DNA of 64,000 nucleotides from Thermoplasmatota archaeon (GCA_018814355.1 JAHIZT010000053.1:798-64797), one strand, 5' to 3'. Positions 1 through 10,448 are shown, counted from the first letter of the stretch. The notes: generated from the sequence alone by a model not told the origin. A program made the numbers and translations.

Positions 1-35
1 TTTTCAGAATATCTTCCATATGTCCACTCTCTCCC

Positions 36-1196
36 CTAGATGCGAGGGGAAAAGAAAGAGGTTTGGGAGCTCAGGTCTTGATCTCCAAGCTGAGGCCTTT
101 CCTCTCGAGCGCGATCTTCAACAGCAGGAACTGGATAGAACTCTCTCCCGGTGTTGCCACGGTCTTGTTCACGAGGTCCTTCAGGTCGGTGATTCCCGAG
201 CCTATTTTTCACGACGATACCGCTGCCCTCGCTGTTCGCTTGTGCGATGATCGTAGTCCCGGCACCGTTGATAAGGTGCTGCAGTATTGCAGGAGGAGCT
301 CCCAGGTATCCGATGTCGACGCTCTTCGCGAGGAAGCCGGTCATCTCCGCACCCCCGTTGGCGAATGGCGCCCCAACAGCGTCTGTCACACTGAGGCCGT
401 ACTTCTGAAAGAGCGTCTTCGTTCCGCCAACGCTGAGATTCTGGGCGACCACCTGGGCCATCTGGTGCAGGTCCCCCAGGAGATATCCGAGACGGATTGG
501 CGACGACGGGTTGAGAATCGTCTCGCTTGGAAGAACACTCGAAGCAGCATCGAGCATCGAACCGTTCGCGTAATGGTCGACGAAATCCCCCTCAGACGTA
601 TAACCCTGTGCAGTCAGGTTCGCCATGTCGGTCTCGACATACATGTTCGTGAACTCTTCGAGGGCGGATCTGAAGCTCGAGCCCATCAGATAGCCGAACT
701 TGATGTGCTCGAACGCCGCCTCAACGACCGTCGAATTCCTAGAAGTGAATTTTACGGCCATATTGACAAGGAGCGTGTAGTTTGCACTGCTCTTGTTGTC
801 CATGGCCTCTAGCATCCACTGGGTCGCGTCGATGTGGGCTTTCACGAACCTCTTCGTGAGTTCGGCACCGTTCGGACCAGCCTGGAACTCGTTCCGGACC
901 ACGACCACACAGCACGGATGGTTCGACATGATCTCATTCGACCACATCATCACATCGCCAACCCCGCCAGCGACGGAATCTGAGACATATGGCTCCCAGG
1001 CGATGTACGCGTCCACCTGACCGGTTGACAGCGCAGCTTTCATGTCCTTGGGCGCGAGAGTGACATACTTCACGACACCGCCTTCAGACCTCTTGCTCAG
1101 CAGAAGGGCGGTCGACACTCCACCCACGACAACTACTGCAACCACGACAATGGCTATGATCATCCTCTTGTCCATGTTGGCTCCCCATTCCATCAT
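36..1196 (-). CDS. ABC transporter substrate-binding protein (NitT/TauT/SsuA-like, NMT1 fold) with N-terminal membrane anchor; C-terminal ~70 aa is low-complexity
   Basis: N-terminal hydrophobic anchor (IIAIVVVAVVVVGG). Motifs VKYVTLAPKDMKAALSTGQVDAYIAWEPY typical of nitrate/sulfonate/taurine-family SBPs. Likely true start at MDKRM (~1175). Confidence 0.55.
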   Translation of the reverse strand: MMEWGANMDKRMIIAIVVVAVVVVGGVSTALLLSKRSEGGVVKYVTLAPKDMKAALSTGQVDAYIAWEPYVSDSVAGGVGDVMMWSNEIMSNHPCCVVVVRNEFQAGPNGAELTKRFVKAHIDATQWMLEAMDNKSSANYTLLVNMAVKFTSRNSTVVEAAFEHIKFGYLMGSSFRSALEEFTNMYVETDMANLTAQGYTSEGDFVDHYANGSMLDAASSVLPSETILNPSSPIRLGYLLGDLHQMAQVVAQNLSVGGTKTLFQKYGLSVTDAVGAPFANGGAEMTGFLAKSVDIGYLGAPPAILQHLINGAGTTIIAQANSEGSGIVVKNRLGNHRPEGPREQDRGNTGREFYPVPAVEDRAREERPQLGDQDLSSQTSFFSPRI

Positions 1197-1292
1197 TGGC
1201 TGGTGCTTATTAAGCCTTTTCTACATATGTACGAAATAGAAGATACAATTGTATAAATATGTGGGCTACAATTAACACCTTCAGGATACAAC

Positions 1293-1814
1293 ATGGACAA
1301 AGCTAGGCATCTACTCTCTGCCGCAGCCGAATCCGATACCAAGTTCAGGGAGACTCTCCACGAAGTCCTGAAGGGGCTCGGCTGGACTGTTCAAGAGCTG
1401 TCCAAGAAGGCGGAAGTATCTCCCAGCACGCTTTACAAGATCATCAACGAAGACCGGTCTCCATCTATGGACGTCCTCAGGAAGATCCTCAGGGCTGTAC
1501 GGGAGGCTGAAGGACTGACAGCGGGGAGCTTCATCGCGCTGATTGTCACCAGGCGAGTCCTCGACGAGGTGGTCGAGAGATCCGTCCAGATAGGCGATGA
1601 GAAGGTCAAGATACGGGAATACCCTGCGGCGACGGTGGAGGACGCCATCGTCTCAGCCATCCGCGCCGAGAGAGATGGTGCTGTCGCGGTCGTATGTGCG
1701 CCGATCGTCAGTCCGACGATTGAGAAGATTCTCGACATCCCAATCGCAACAATCGTTCCCAAGGACAGCGTTACGGAAGCAATCAGACTGGCCGCCAGAA
1801 AAACGAGGGTCTAG
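1293..1814 (+). CDS. HTH (XRE-like) transcriptional regulator with C-terminal domain of unknown function
   Basis: N-terminal helix-turn-helix (LGWTVQELSKKAEVSPSTLYKIIN). Divergent from the SBP gene across an AT-rich promoter region. Confidence 0.5.
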   Translation: MDKARHLLSAAAESDTKFRETLHEVLKGLGWTVQELSKKAEVSPSTLYKIINEDRSPSMDVLRKILRAVREAEGLTAGSFIALIVTRRVLDEVVERSVQIGDEKVKIREYPAATVEDAIVSAIRAERDGAVAVVCAPIVSPTIEKILDIPIATIVPKDSVTEAIRLAARKTRV

Positions 1815-2539
1815 CGGATCATCTCGCGCCTCACTTTGAGATCGAGGCCCACGGACACGAGCTGCCCCTTCTTGACCTGGGAGGTCCTGGTCCTGTAGCC
1901 CAGGTACGTCTCCTGGAACAAAGATACATACGACCCGCATTTCGCGATTCTGAGGTCGTAGTACTCCGGCAGCTTGGTGTAGTCCCTGTATCCAAGCAGC
2001 ACTTTGCCATCGGAGACCAAGAGGGCTGCAGCTGAGAACTTGTGCTTCACGATGTCCTCCAAAATGACAGACTTCAGCGCGGTCTTGATATCGCCCTCCT
2101 CCGACATCCGATCCGCGAGGAGTAGAAGCAGTCTCTCGCTATCAGTGTCCCCCTTTGGCTTCCGGCTCGTCACTGGATGGAAGTCATGAATAGTGCCGTT
2201 GTGTCCGAGCACGATGCCGTCCACGACGAACGGATGGGTGTTCATCATGACCGCGCCGCCCTTCGAAGCCGCCCTGACATGCGCCACAACTATGTTGGGG
2301 ACATCGAGAGCTGGAATGTCCTCCAGCGCAGAATCGTACGACGGATCCAAGAACGCCTCTCGAGGGCTCCTGCCGATGTACCGTGGATCCCCTCCTCTGA
2401 AAGAGACTATCCCCCAGCCGTCCCTATGTCCGGGTTCCTTGGTCCCGGGGATTCTCCCGACCTGGGAAACGTGACGCAGGTCGACCAGGGCCCCCAGCGG
2501 GAAGTCGTCCCTGAAGACCACTCCGACCATCCTACACAT
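1811..2539 (-). CDS. Class II (Ntn-type) glutamine amidotransferase family protein
   Basis: Met-Cys N-terminus (MCRMVGVVF) with catalytic Cys2, and an HNGTI motif. The six-frame ORF extends 11 codons upstream to 2572, but MC at 2539 is the likely start. Confidence 0.6.
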   Translation of the reverse strand: MCRMVGVVFRDDFPLGALVDLRHVSQVGRIPGTKEPGHRDGWGIVSFRGGDPRYIGRSPREAFLDPSYDSALEDIPALDVPNIVVAHVRAASKGGAVMMNTHPFVVDGIVLGHNGTIHDFHPVTSRKPKGDTDSERLLLLLADRMSEEGDIKTALKSVILEDIVKHKFSAAALLVSDGKVLLGYRDYTKLPEYYDLRIAKCGSYVSLFQETYLGYRTRTSQVKKGQLVSVGLDLKVRREMIR

Positions 2540-2540
2540 G

Positions 2541-3092
2541 TCACAGCACCTTCGGGACGACCTCGAGCTCAAGGTCCATGGAGTTGGTAACGAGACACTT
2601 CCGCTTCGTGACGGAGATGGCCCTCTCCAGGTTGGACATCTTCGATCCAGAGGCGAACCGCATCTCCGGGTGCAGGGTTATCTTGACGAACTTCTTTGCG
2701 CCTTCCACCACTTCCAGGTCCCCTACTGCCTTGCACTTGTACTCGAGCAACTTCATTCCTAAGTCTCGGGAGACATGATCGAAGACGATCTGGAAGCACA
2801 TGTTGGCCGCACCGACGAATGCATCCTCCGGAGTGAGAGGGCCGTGCATTCCATCCAACTCCACGGGAGCGGAGTAGTCGATGACCTGCCCGTTCTGACA
2901 CTGGAGCTTTCCAGGGAACTTCTCGTTCCAGACAACAGTCGTCTCGAAATTCATTGGTCTCGACAGCTCAACGGGGTTATCGCGATTTATACTTTCCAGC
3001 GCACGTTCCAGCGCTTTCGCTGGCAATTCGAAAAAGAAGAAGATAATGGGGGCTGGATGAGTTGATCTTGAGCGATCTCTAGGCTCAACCAA
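2541..3092 (-). CDS. OsmC/Ohr family peroxiredoxin-like protein
   Basis: OsmC fold signature with two conserved Cys (NMCFQ, KCLVTNS). An alternative start at MNFETTVVW (~2954) gives the typical ~138 aa size. Confidence 0.6.
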   Translation of the reverse strand: MVEPRDRSRSTHPAPIIFFFFELPAKALERALESINRDNPVELSRPMNFETTVVWNEKFPGKLQCQNGQVIDYSAPVELDGMHGPLTPEDAFVGAANMCFQIVFDHVSRDLGMKLLEYKCKAVGDLEVVEGAKKFVKITLHPEMRFASGSKMSNLERAISVTKRKCLVTNSMDLELEVVPKVL

Positions 3093-3519
3093 GGGCCTTG
3101 TTGATATTTTGCTCTAGTATTGCCCTAGGCGCGGCGCCGATCATCTTGTCGACCAGCTGACCGTTCTTGAAGAAGAGAAGAGTCGGGATGCTCATGATCT
3201 TGTACTTGCCTGCTGTTGCGGAGTTTTCGTCCGTGTTTAGCTTGCCGTAGACGACCTTCCCCTGGTAATCCCTTGCCAAAGAATCGATCGTCGGTGAGAG
3301 CATCCTGCAAGGACCACACCAGGGCGCCCAACAGTCGACCACTACCTTCGGATACTTCTTGATGAATTCCTCGAAATCCGAATCCTTCACGGGAACTGGC
3401 GCTACTGGCCAACCGTTCCCACCCGATTTGCTGGCGGCTGCATTCTGCATCATCGCGGCCATCTTCTTCTTTCTTATCTCCTCGATTTCGCTTGACATAT
3501 TGTCCACCGGGTTATGCAC
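3085..3519 (-). CDS. trxA: Thioredoxin
   Basis: WCGPC active-site motif and the thioredoxin fold consensus (VVVDCWAPWCGPCRMLSP...SIPTLLFFKNG). Has an N-terminal extension. Confidence 0.8.
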   Translation of the reverse strand: MHNPVDNMSSEIEEIRKKKMAAMMQNAAASKSGGNGWPVAPVPVKDSDFEEFIKKYPKVVVDCWAPWCGPCRMLSPTIDSLARDYQGKVVYGKLNTDENSATAGKYKIMSIPTLLFFKNGQLVDKMIGAAPRAILEQNINKALG

Positions 3520-3654
3520 GCTTGTGCATCATCTATGCAATATCGAATGCGGACCCACTAGTTAACTATTGCGACGAATCAATGGGCACATCGGCACTCA
3601 AGACGTAGTCTTGAGACGGGCAGACCTTGGCTGGACAAGCTTTTTAAGCAACGG

Positions 3655-3969
3655 ATGGCGATACGGTCGCAGGGATGCAGGATGCTCGAGGAAGCTTCTG
3701 AACTGATTGGATTGCAGGTCTACACTAGCCAAGGCATTTTCTTGGGAAGCATAGGAAACCTTGTTGTGGATGTCGATGAGAACAAGGTGCAGGGACTGTT
3801 CGTGACCAGCACGAATCCGCTCCTCGTCGAGGGGTCGAAGTCCGTCAATGTCCCATACAGATGGATCTCATCGATCGGGGACATCGTCATTCTCAAGTAC
3901 TTCCCCAAGAGGGTCGCGGTCAAGAGGTCCTCGAAACCAAAGACTGAAAGGCCACCGGTCGAAGATTGA
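3655..3969 (+). CDS. PRC-barrel domain protein
   Basis: About 90 aa with a PRC-barrel-like pattern (LIGLQVYTSQGIFLGSIGNLVVDVDENKVQGLFV). Confidence 0.4.
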   Translation: MAIRSQGCRMLEEASELIGLQVYTSQGIFLGSIGNLVVDVDENKVQGLFVTSTNPLLVEGSKSVNVPYRWISSIGDIVILKYFPKRVAVKRSSKPKTERPPVED

Positions 3970-4008
3970 GGAAAAAGCATTTTATCGACCGCTCGCATTC
4001 TCGCGTCC

Positions 4009-4518
4009 GTGCCTGGACCCAAGATCGACCCATCGTGCTATGTCGCGCCAGAGGCCATCATCATCGGCGATGTCGTAATTGACAAGGGCTGCAGCATCTG
4101 GCCCTTTGCGGTCATCAGGGCGGACCTGTCCCAGGTGAGGATCGGAGAGGGTTCGAGCATACAAGAACATTGCCAGATACACGGCAACCCCGGCAGACCA
4201 ATCATCATAGGGAGGAACGTATCCGTTGGCCATGGCGCGATAGTTCACGCCGCGCAAATCGGGGATTATGTGATCGTGGGAATGAACTCGACCATACTCG
4301 ACGGAGCTGAGATAGGTAGTGGATCCATAGTTGGTGCCAACGCGTTGGTGAAGGAGGGCGTGAAAGTGCCGGAAGGGAGCCTGGTCGTCGGGGTTCCTGC
4401 GAAGATAGTCAAACAGGGGGACCCTTCCCTCAGAGAAGCGGCCAAGAGGAACGCTGAAGCGTACCACAAGCTCCGAGATGCGCACAAACGTGGCGAATTC
4501 GCCCGTTACAAGGCCTGA
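4009..4518 (+). CDS. Gamma-class carbonic anhydrase / hexapeptide-repeat (left-handed beta-helix) family protein
   Basis: Hexapeptide repeats and conserved His residues (QIHGN, VGHGAIVH) as in YrdA/PaaY/CamH. The antisense ORF 3982-4890 is rejected as spurious. Confidence 0.7.
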   Translation: MPGPKIDPSCYVAPEAIIIGDVVIDKGCSIWPFAVIRADLSQVRIGEGSSIQEHCQIHGNPGRPIIIGRNVSVGHGAIVHAAQIGDYVIVGMNSTILDGAEIGSGSIVGANALVKEGVKVPEGSLVVGVPAKIVKQGDPSLREAAKRNAEAYHKLRDAHKRGEFARYKA

Positions 4519-4554
4519 GCGCAGGCGCGCGGGGAAGAGTTCAAGACCATCCAT

Positions 4555-5124
4555 ATGATTCTGAGCCTCATGGAGGAAACGAACGGAACAACGGTCTGGG
4601 ACGCCATTGCCACCAGAAGGAGCGTTAGGAATTTCGAGGACATACCGGTTGAGGAAGAGAAGCTGACCAGATGCCTTGAGGCAGCCAGATTGGCGCCGTC
4701 GTGGGCGAACAAGCAGTGCTGGCACTTCATCGTGGTTCAGGGAAGGCAGAACGTCGAGAACCTTGGCATTGTGCCGATCAACATCAAGAACGCGCCCGCA
4801 CTGATCGTCGCTTGCGGTGACCCGGAGAAGAGCGGCAACATGGATGAGAAGCCCTATTTCATGGTGGATGTGGCGATTGCTGTTGAGCACATCATACTGG
4901 AGGCGTGGGAGCAGGGCCTAGGGACGGTCTGGGTCGGAGGGTTCAGGGAATCGAAGGTAAGGACAGCGCTCGGGATACCCGAGAACATCAAGGTCGTGGC
5001 TCTCGTCCCGATAGGTTATCCAGCCGGTAGGGACACCATCGGGATGGTGCTGGCCAAGAAGATAATGGGACTGGGAGGCAACAGGAAGGAGCTGAAGGAG
5101 ATCGTCCACTACGGCAAGTGGTAG
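4555..5124 (+). CDS. Nitroreductase family protein (NAD(P)H-flavin oxidoreductase)
   Basis: Nitroreductase signature (RRSVRNFEDIPVEEEKL...PSWANKQCWHFIVV...VALVPIGYPA). Confidence 0.7.
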   Translation: MILSLMEETNGTTVWDAIATRRSVRNFEDIPVEEEKLTRCLEAARLAPSWANKQCWHFIVVQGRQNVENLGIVPINIKNAPALIVACGDPEKSGNMDEKPYFMVDVAIAVEHIILEAWEQGLGTVWVGGFRESKVRTALGIPENIKVVALVPIGYPAGRDTIGMVLAKKIMGLGGNRKELKEIVHYGKW

Positions 5125-5130
5125 ACGCCC

Positions 5131-5604
5131 TCAGCGGATTTCGTCGATGTTGACCCCGCAAACCCTGGAGAGCTCCTCGTGAAGCCTCATGATCTTCAGC
5201 GCGGCCTCGTGCTCTCCATGTCTGGCCACGCTGGCCACCGCTTCTTCGATGTTTGTCCTTTTGGTTCCAGAAATCAGGTTGTCAGCATGGGCAACGATCT
5301 TCTCCTCTAGAGTACGAGGAGTGTAGTTCTTCCTGGGGAGACCCAACCGCTCCGCCGCCCTCGGCGTTATTCCAGCGCCTATGTGCCTTTCGATTATCTT
5401 CACTATTGAATCTGGCAATGCCAGCTCGGAGGCCAACTTTGCGCCTTCGATGGCGTGCGTCATGCTGTGACTCTTGCATCTTCCCAAATCATGGAGCAGC
5501 CCGCCCATCTTCACAAGTTCGACGTCGGCACGGCATCTCTTGGCAATCCTCACGGCGAGCTCCGACACGGCCTCAATGACTGATGACCTCCTGGTTGCAC
5601 GCAT
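5131..5604 (-). CDS. HD/HDIG-domain phosphohydrolase
   Basis: HD motif (LLHDLGR ... HADNL); size and pattern match the archaeal HDIG family. Confidence 0.6.
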   Translation of the reverse strand: MRATRRSSVIEAVSELAVRIAKRCRADVELVKMGGLLHDLGRCKSHSMTHAIEGAKLASELALPDSIVKIIERHIGAGITPRAAERLGLPRKNYTPRTLEEKIVAHADNLISGTKRTNIEEAVASVARHGEHEAALKIMRLHEELSRVCGVNIDEIR

Positions 5605-5630
5605 GTTCCCTGAGGATCCTCATGCACTCG

Positions 5631-6167
5631 TCACTGCTTGGTAGGTGAGCGCTCTTTGGTCTTGTTGCGGTCAACGACTGTCTTCCCCCTCGGGTTCGGG
5701 ACGATCCGTAGCCTGCCCTTGAAGGGCTTCTCAAGGGATTTCCCGCCCTTGTACCTATCCATGAATATTGCCAGAGCCGCGACCTCCGAGTGCGGCTGAT
5801 TACCGACGGAGATATTGCGGTCCGCGAGGTCGTAGACCTCGCGAGGGACCTTCTCCGCACCGACAACTATGAGCAGCTTATTCCCCTTGATCGTCGGCAG
5901 CGCCTTCGATAGGCTCTCGCCGTACATGGTAAGGTGGACCGATTCGCCATCCCATGCTTTGAGCGATTTGCGCCAATCTACTCCGGTCTTGATCTTGAAC
6001 TTGCCCCCGAAGCGAGCTACGACGCTCTCGACCGTCTTCTCAAGGACCGGATCCTCCGTGGAGACCCAAACCTCGTCGGCCCCAAGCGCCCTGGCTGTGA
6101 GCGCGACATGCGTGGTGACCCTCTGATCCCTGGTTGGTCGATGGCCGAGCCTTAGGACGACTATCAT
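5631..6167 (-). CDS. trm56: tRNA (cytidine56-2'-O)-methyltransferase (archaeal Trm56, SPOUT)
   Basis: [30 protein letters not shown] matches the aTrm56 N-terminus. The ATG at 6167 was verified on the reverse strand. The upstream ORF extension to 6392 is low-complexity Arg/Ser and is rejected. Confidence 0.75.
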   Translation of the reverse strand: MIVVLRLGHRPTRDQRVTTHVALTARALGADEVWVSTEDPVLEKTVESVVARFGGKFKIKTGVDWRKSLKAWDGESVHLTMYGESLSKALPTIKGNKLLIVVGAEKVPREVYDLADRNISVGNQPHSEVAALAIFMDRYKGGKSLEKPFKGRLRIVPNPRGKTVVDRNKTKERSPTKQ

Positions 6168-6189
6168 CAGAATCACCCGGACCGCTAGG

Positions 6190-6687
6190 TCACTCCTTGA
6201 CCCGCTCGATCCTGTGGCCCCTATAATCCAGCTTCGTGCTCCTCTTGACCAGGCTCTTGAGCATTGTGAATGTGACGCCAAGTACCTCGGCGACGTCCCC
6301 AGCGAACTTGCCCTGGGCACCCACCATCTCGTAGATCTGCTTCTCGATCTTCTGGAACTCCTTCTCCTCCATGACCGCAGCTGCGAGGACATCGCTGATC
6401 TCGTAGACCGGCCATGAGGCGTTGATATGGAAGGAGGTGTAGTAGGTGTGGTATGCTTTCTCCGGCTGCTGCTCGGGAGAGGTCTGCCATCTTGTCTCGA
6501 CTAGTTTCATCTTCTCGAAGAACAGGAGAGCCTCCTTTCCCGCAGGCCCGAACTGCTTCTCAATGTCGCGGATCGTATGCCACTCGAGGGTCACTAGTTT
6601 CAGGACCTCACGCTTGACCTTGGTATCGACCGCCCGGAACATTGGAACCAGTTCCGCCGGCTCGGTGATAACCTTGATCCGCGTCAT
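6190..6687 (-). CDS. Putative winged-helix transcriptional regulator (ArsR-like) / hypothetical protein
   Basis: 165-aa soluble protein with an HTH-like segment. No strong family assignment. Confidence 0.3.
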   Translation of the reverse strand: MTRIKVITEPAELVPMFRAVDTKVKREVLKLVTLEWHTIRDIEKQFGPAGKEALLFFEKMKLVETRWQTSPEQQPEKAYHTYYTSFHINASWPVYEISDVLAAAVMEEKEFQKIEKQIYEMVGAQGKFAGDVAEVLGVTFTMLKSLVKRSTKLDYRGHRIERVKE

Positions 6688-6872
6688 GGACGGACCCTAT
6701 CCTTCTGGGGGCATATAAGCCTAATTGGAATCCTGAATGCACATTTTTGACCTACTGGCTAGTTCAAAAAAATGGTTGCGAAAGACAGAGCGGCACGTGG
6801 GATATCCGGCTTCCCGATGGGGAGAGATTTAAGTAGAGAAACACTCTACCGCAGAAAACAGAGCGTGCTGCA

Positions 6873-7166
6873 ATGATGGCCAAGGACTTGAAGGACAAGT
6901 CGAAAGTCGACGAAATAGTCCTCACAATCGTCGAGAAGAATGAGCCGAGGGAGTTCCAATCGAAGTGGAGCGGCTCCTCGGGCAGGGTCTGCGACGCGGT
7001 TGGACAGGACGAGAACGGCGACAGTGTCTCCCTGACACTATGGAACGAAGACATTGAGAAGGTCGAAATCAACTCGAAGATCAAGATAACGAACGGTTGG
7101 GCCTCGGCTTACAAGGACAAGCTGCAGGTCAGCGCAGGAAAATTCGGCAAGCTCGAGATCGTCTAG
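6873..7166 (+). CDS. OB-fold nucleic-acid-binding protein (SSB/RPA-like)
   Basis: About 95 aa with a beta-rich pattern typical of small archaeal OB-fold proteins. Confidence 0.4.
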   Translation: MMAKDLKDKSKVDEIVLTIVEKNEPREFQSKWSGSSGRVCDAVGQDENGDSVSLTLWNEDIEKVEINSKIKITNGWASAYKDKLQVSAGKFGKLEIV

Positions 7167-7198
7167 GCTCTCGGCGTGCTATTCGATTGTGACCATTC

Positions 7199-7774
7199 TC
7201 ATACCCACAGCCAGAGCGCTGTCATAGCGACGGCCGGCAGGACCGCCATCAGGAAGTCATCGTCGACGTACTTGATTTCGAGGTTTTCCGACGCGATGGC
7301 GATCGCCGCTCCTACAGAGGCCAGTGCTCCTGCGAACAAGAACGACATCTCGCTCGAGAGAAGGAGGGCGGAGATGCACAATACGAGGTAGACGCCGGAT
7401 GAGACCGGGACAGCTATTCTTGCATCGACCGAATTCCTCAGTTCGCCGATTAGAGGGTCCACGATAGCCATACCGATCAACGCTGCCGTGGCGATCTCGT
7501 GCGGAAACAACCACAACACCAAGGTTATCCCGGCCGCAGCCCAAGCGAAAGACGCTATCTGGTTCCTTTCGTGCGGTCTCAGGCCAAGGAAAGTGATGCC
7601 CTTCCAGAGCCTGATGGCTTCGAACATCGAGACCGCAGCAAAGAAGGCGATGAGCAGGACCCATCTCTGGAGGCCGACATACGGGAGGTCGACCGGGATG
7701 GAGTAGTACAGAGGCGCTAACGCAATGAGCACGTGGGTCAGGCGTCTCACGACGATATCGCTCTTCACCATCAT
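7199..7774 (-). CDS. Integral membrane protein (possibly dolichol kinase / CTP-transferase-like family)
   Basis: Six to seven predicted TM helices and a conserved acidic C-terminal patch (YVDDDF). Family is uncertain. Confidence 0.3.
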   Translation of the reverse strand: MMVKSDIVVRRLTHVLIALAPLYYSIPVDLPYVGLQRWVLLIAFFAAVSMFEAIRLWKGITFLGLRPHERNQIASFAWAAAGITLVLWLFPHEIATAALIGMAIVDPLIGELRNSVDARIAVPVSSGVYLVLCISALLLSSEMSFLFAGALASVGAAIAIASENLEIKYVDDDFLMAVLPAVAMTALWLWV

Positions 7775-7777
7775 ACC

Positions 7778-9223
7778 TCACACACTGAACGAAGTCCTAG
7801 CCCATTTCCCCTCGATTCCTCTGAACAGGATGAACGTGGCCGCGATGAGCGAACCGAGGACCAACGCGATCCCTGTCAGAGCAACCGACCAGTTGGATTG
7901 CAGGCTGAACGAAAGGATGGTCAAGCAGACATTTGGAAGGAAGGCCAATATGCTGAATTTCGACAGGACGCTCGTGTCGAACAGGAAGGTGTTGGTTTTC
8001 AGGCCGGTCAAGTAGGCCGTCATGACCACCATATAGAGGGATGTGACGAACATGACTATCAACGCCAGCCAGAGGAGGTTCGTCTCCCCGTTCAGGATCG
8101 AGATTGCCACCACGAAGAACGCGGATATTCCCATGGTCAGGAAGAGGAACACGCTTATCCTGATGCGGATCAACTGTGGCACCGTCACCGGAAGGAGAGA
8201 ATAGTATTCGGCCAGGTCGACGTTGTTCAGCCAGCTGTACATCATGACGCCTATGAACCCTACCATGGCAGCGTAGAATACCGCATTGAACCCAACGGGG
8301 ATCGAGAGCCCGTAGTTGACGTACCACGTGGTGAACGACAAGAACAAGAGCGGGAGTATGAATGAGAAGAACATCTTCGCGATGATGCCGCTCCTGCGAA
8401 GGTCGAGGAACTCCTTCGAGAGAAGGGATCTGTTGAGGCCTCTGAACATGCTCACCCGATCATAGTACTTCGGGAGCAGGTCGGCATGCGACTTCGATGA
8501 TATGTTTATGCGGACCTGGACAAGGTAATAGGCCAGGATAGCGAACACCGATGCCACCGCCGCAGAAGCTGCGGCATACATAGACGCCTCAGAGAGATTC
8601 ACGGCAAACGGTCGAACATCCATCTGAAACCCTAACGAAGGGAGGATGAACTCGAGGGAAGGGTATCCGAAGATCCCGTAACCGATGATGAGCAAGGCAA
8701 AGGCGGCCGTGAATGCTATGAACGCCTTCACGTTTCGGATGTAGATGACAGAAGCGAAGAAGCTGATCGACATGCCGATCATGAATGTCAGCAGCACTGC
8801 GACGAAGAACAAGCCTATGCTGCCTAGGTGAAAGCCCATGAACGGGGCGGCCGCCAATATGCCGAGCGTTCCGGGCATCAGGAGCAACAGAACATAGAAC
8901 ATGGCGTCACGCAGATAGATGCCCAGAAATGTGGTTCTGAAAGAAATCGGCAGGAGGTACGGCATCGCGACCAGGTAGTTGCTTGTCCCATGCCTCCTCT
9001 CCAGATACTCTCTACCCATGAGGCCGAACGCGCCGACGCTAAGACCATACAGGAACGCTGAAAGATGAGCGAACGTCGCTAGGCGATCAAGCGAGATCGT
9101 CTCTAGCATCTTGTCGATGGTCAGGCCGCTCGCGAACGAAAGTAGAAAGACGAACAACGGGAAGGTCAGAAACCTCTGCTTGCCGGAATATGATGTGTGC
9201 GTCCTGAACTCTTCCTTGAGCAT
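7778..9223 (-). CDS. ABC-2 type transporter permease
   Basis: About 12 TM segments. Lies immediately downstream of, and in operon with, the ABC ATPase at 9229-9975. Confidence 0.45.
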   Translation of the reverse strand: MLKEEFRTHTSYSGKQRFLTFPLFVFLLSFASGLTIDKMLETISLDRLATFAHLSAFLYGLSVGAFGLMGREYLERRHGTSNYLVAMPYLLPISFRTTFLGIYLRDAMFYVLLLLMPGTLGILAAAPFMGFHLGSIGLFFVAVLLTFMIGMSISFFASVIYIRNVKAFIAFTAAFALLIIGYGIFGYPSLEFILPSLGFQMDVRPFAVNLSEASMYAAASAAVASVFAILAYYLVQVRINISSKSHADLLPKYYDRVSMFRGLNRSLLSKEFLDLRRSGIIAKMFFSFILPLLFLSFTTWYVNYGLSIPVGFNAVFYAAMVGFIGVMMYSWLNNVDLAEYYSLLPVTVPQLIRIRISVFLFLTMGISAFFVVAISILNGETNLLWLALIVMFVTSLYMVVMTAYLTGLKTNTFLFDTSVLSKFSILAFLPNVCLTILSFSLQSNWSVALTGIALVLGSLIAATFILFRGIEGKWARTSFSV

Positions 9224-9228
9224 CAGCC

Positions 9229-9975
9229 TCAGGAGGTCTTTCGTCCCGGGTCACCCCCGATGCCGCGCACACCTACCGATCGGAGGAACAACTTCTCAAG
9301 GTTCTCTCCACCCTTGACCAGGTCGTCCAGCCTCCCCTGGGCGACGACCCTGCCAAGGTTCACGATCGAGAGCTTGTTGCACAGCCTCTCGGCGATCTCG
9401 AGGAGGTGGGAGGCCATGAACACGGTCCCGCCTTTGGAGATGTATTCAACTAGGTACTCTCTGAGCAGCCTCTGATAGATTGGGTCGAGGTTTATGAACG
9501 GTTCATCCAAGAACAAGAGCCTCGGTTCGTGGATTAAGGCTGATGCTAGCATCAGCTTCTGCCTCATGCCTTTGGACATGTCCTTGCAGATGGTGCCCTT
9601 CTTCTCATCGAGATCGAAGAACGAGAGCCATTTCTCGATTCTATCTTCGAGATTATCGAGCTTCCTAACCTTGCCGACGAAGTAAAGGTATTCGTACCCA
9701 GTAAGGTAGGTCGGAGGACTCTCAACCTCTGGCACGATCCCGATCAACTCCTTTACGTGTAACGGCTCTTTCAGCACATCTACTCCGAGCACGTTCACAG
9801 AGCCCGAGGTTGGTGCGAGCTGACCCGTGAGTATCCTGATGAGAGTGGTCTTGCCAGCGCCGTTCGGGCCGAAGAATCCGAAGAAGTCGCCCTTGTCGAC
9901 GGTGATGGAGACGTTGTCCAGGGCCTTCATGTTCCCGTAGTGCTTAACGATGTTGTGGCCCTCGATCACTGTCAT
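9229..9975 (-). CDS. ABC transporter ATP-binding protein
   Basis: Walker A GPNGAGKTT, ABC signature MSKGMRQKL and Walker B LLFLDEP. Confidence 0.8.
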   Translation of the reverse strand: MTVIEGHNIVKHYGNMKALDNVSITVDKGDFFGFFGPNGAGKTTLIRILTGQLAPTSGSVNVLGVDVLKEPLHVKELIGIVPEVESPPTYLTGYEYLYFVGKVRKLDNLEDRIEKWLSFFDLDEKKGTICKDMSKGMRQKLMLASALIHEPRLLFLDEPFINLDPIYQRLLREYLVEYISKGGTVFMASHLLEIAERLCNKLSIVNLGRVVAQGRLDDLVKGGENLEKLFLRSVGVRGIGGDPGRKTS

Positions 9976-10121
9976 TTCGAGCTACGCTATTTGTGAGACA
10001 TTATATCAAGCTTGGTCGGAGACAATGCTACCAACGCCCTTGTTCCCCCGTCGCCGTTCATATATTTCCTCGTGCTATCATGTAGCACGATACATCGACT
10101 TCGACACTCTCCGCACAGAAG

Positions 10122-10448
10122 GTGACTTGGATGAAAGGCAATGCTGGCAAATCCGTACTCACGAGCAAGATCGAAACCGAGATCGACCTACTTCAGAGAC
10201 ATGTGGCGATGCTGAAGGCGATCATGGACAATGAACCGATAGGGATCATCAGGCTCTCCGAGATGCTGAAACACCCGCAGCACAAGGTGAGGTATTCCCT
10301 GAGAATACTCGAGCAGGAAGGACTTATCGAACCTTCCCCTGACGGCGCGGTGACCACAGAGAGGATTCAGGACTTCCTCGACCACCTGAAGGACATACTC
10401 GAGACAATGAGCAATACGGTCAATGAGCTGCGGGAGTCAATCGAGTAA
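10122..10448 (+). CDS. Winged helix-turn-helix DNA-binding protein (TrmB/MarR-like)
   Basis: wHTH-like segment (IIRLSEMLKHPQHKVRYSLRILEQEGLI). Confidence 0.4.
   Translation: MTWMKGNAGKSVLTSKIETEIDLLQRHVAMLKAIMDNEPIGIIRLSEMLKHPQHKVRYSLRILEQEGLIEPSPDGAVTTERIQDFLDHLKDILETMSNTVNELRESIE

Noticed and set aside
3982-4890. 302-aa minus-strand ORF overlapping the gamma-carbonic-anhydrase-like and nitroreductase genes
   Set aside because: Antisense to two well-supported genes with clear family motifs. It has no recognisable domain and is a typical long spurious ORF in high-GC DNA. The same reasoning applies to 14495-15583 (inside the S9 peptidase), 31231-32190 (inside hdrA), 51515-52426 and 52652-53335 (inside gyrA), and 61350-62126 (inside the zinc-ribbon gene).
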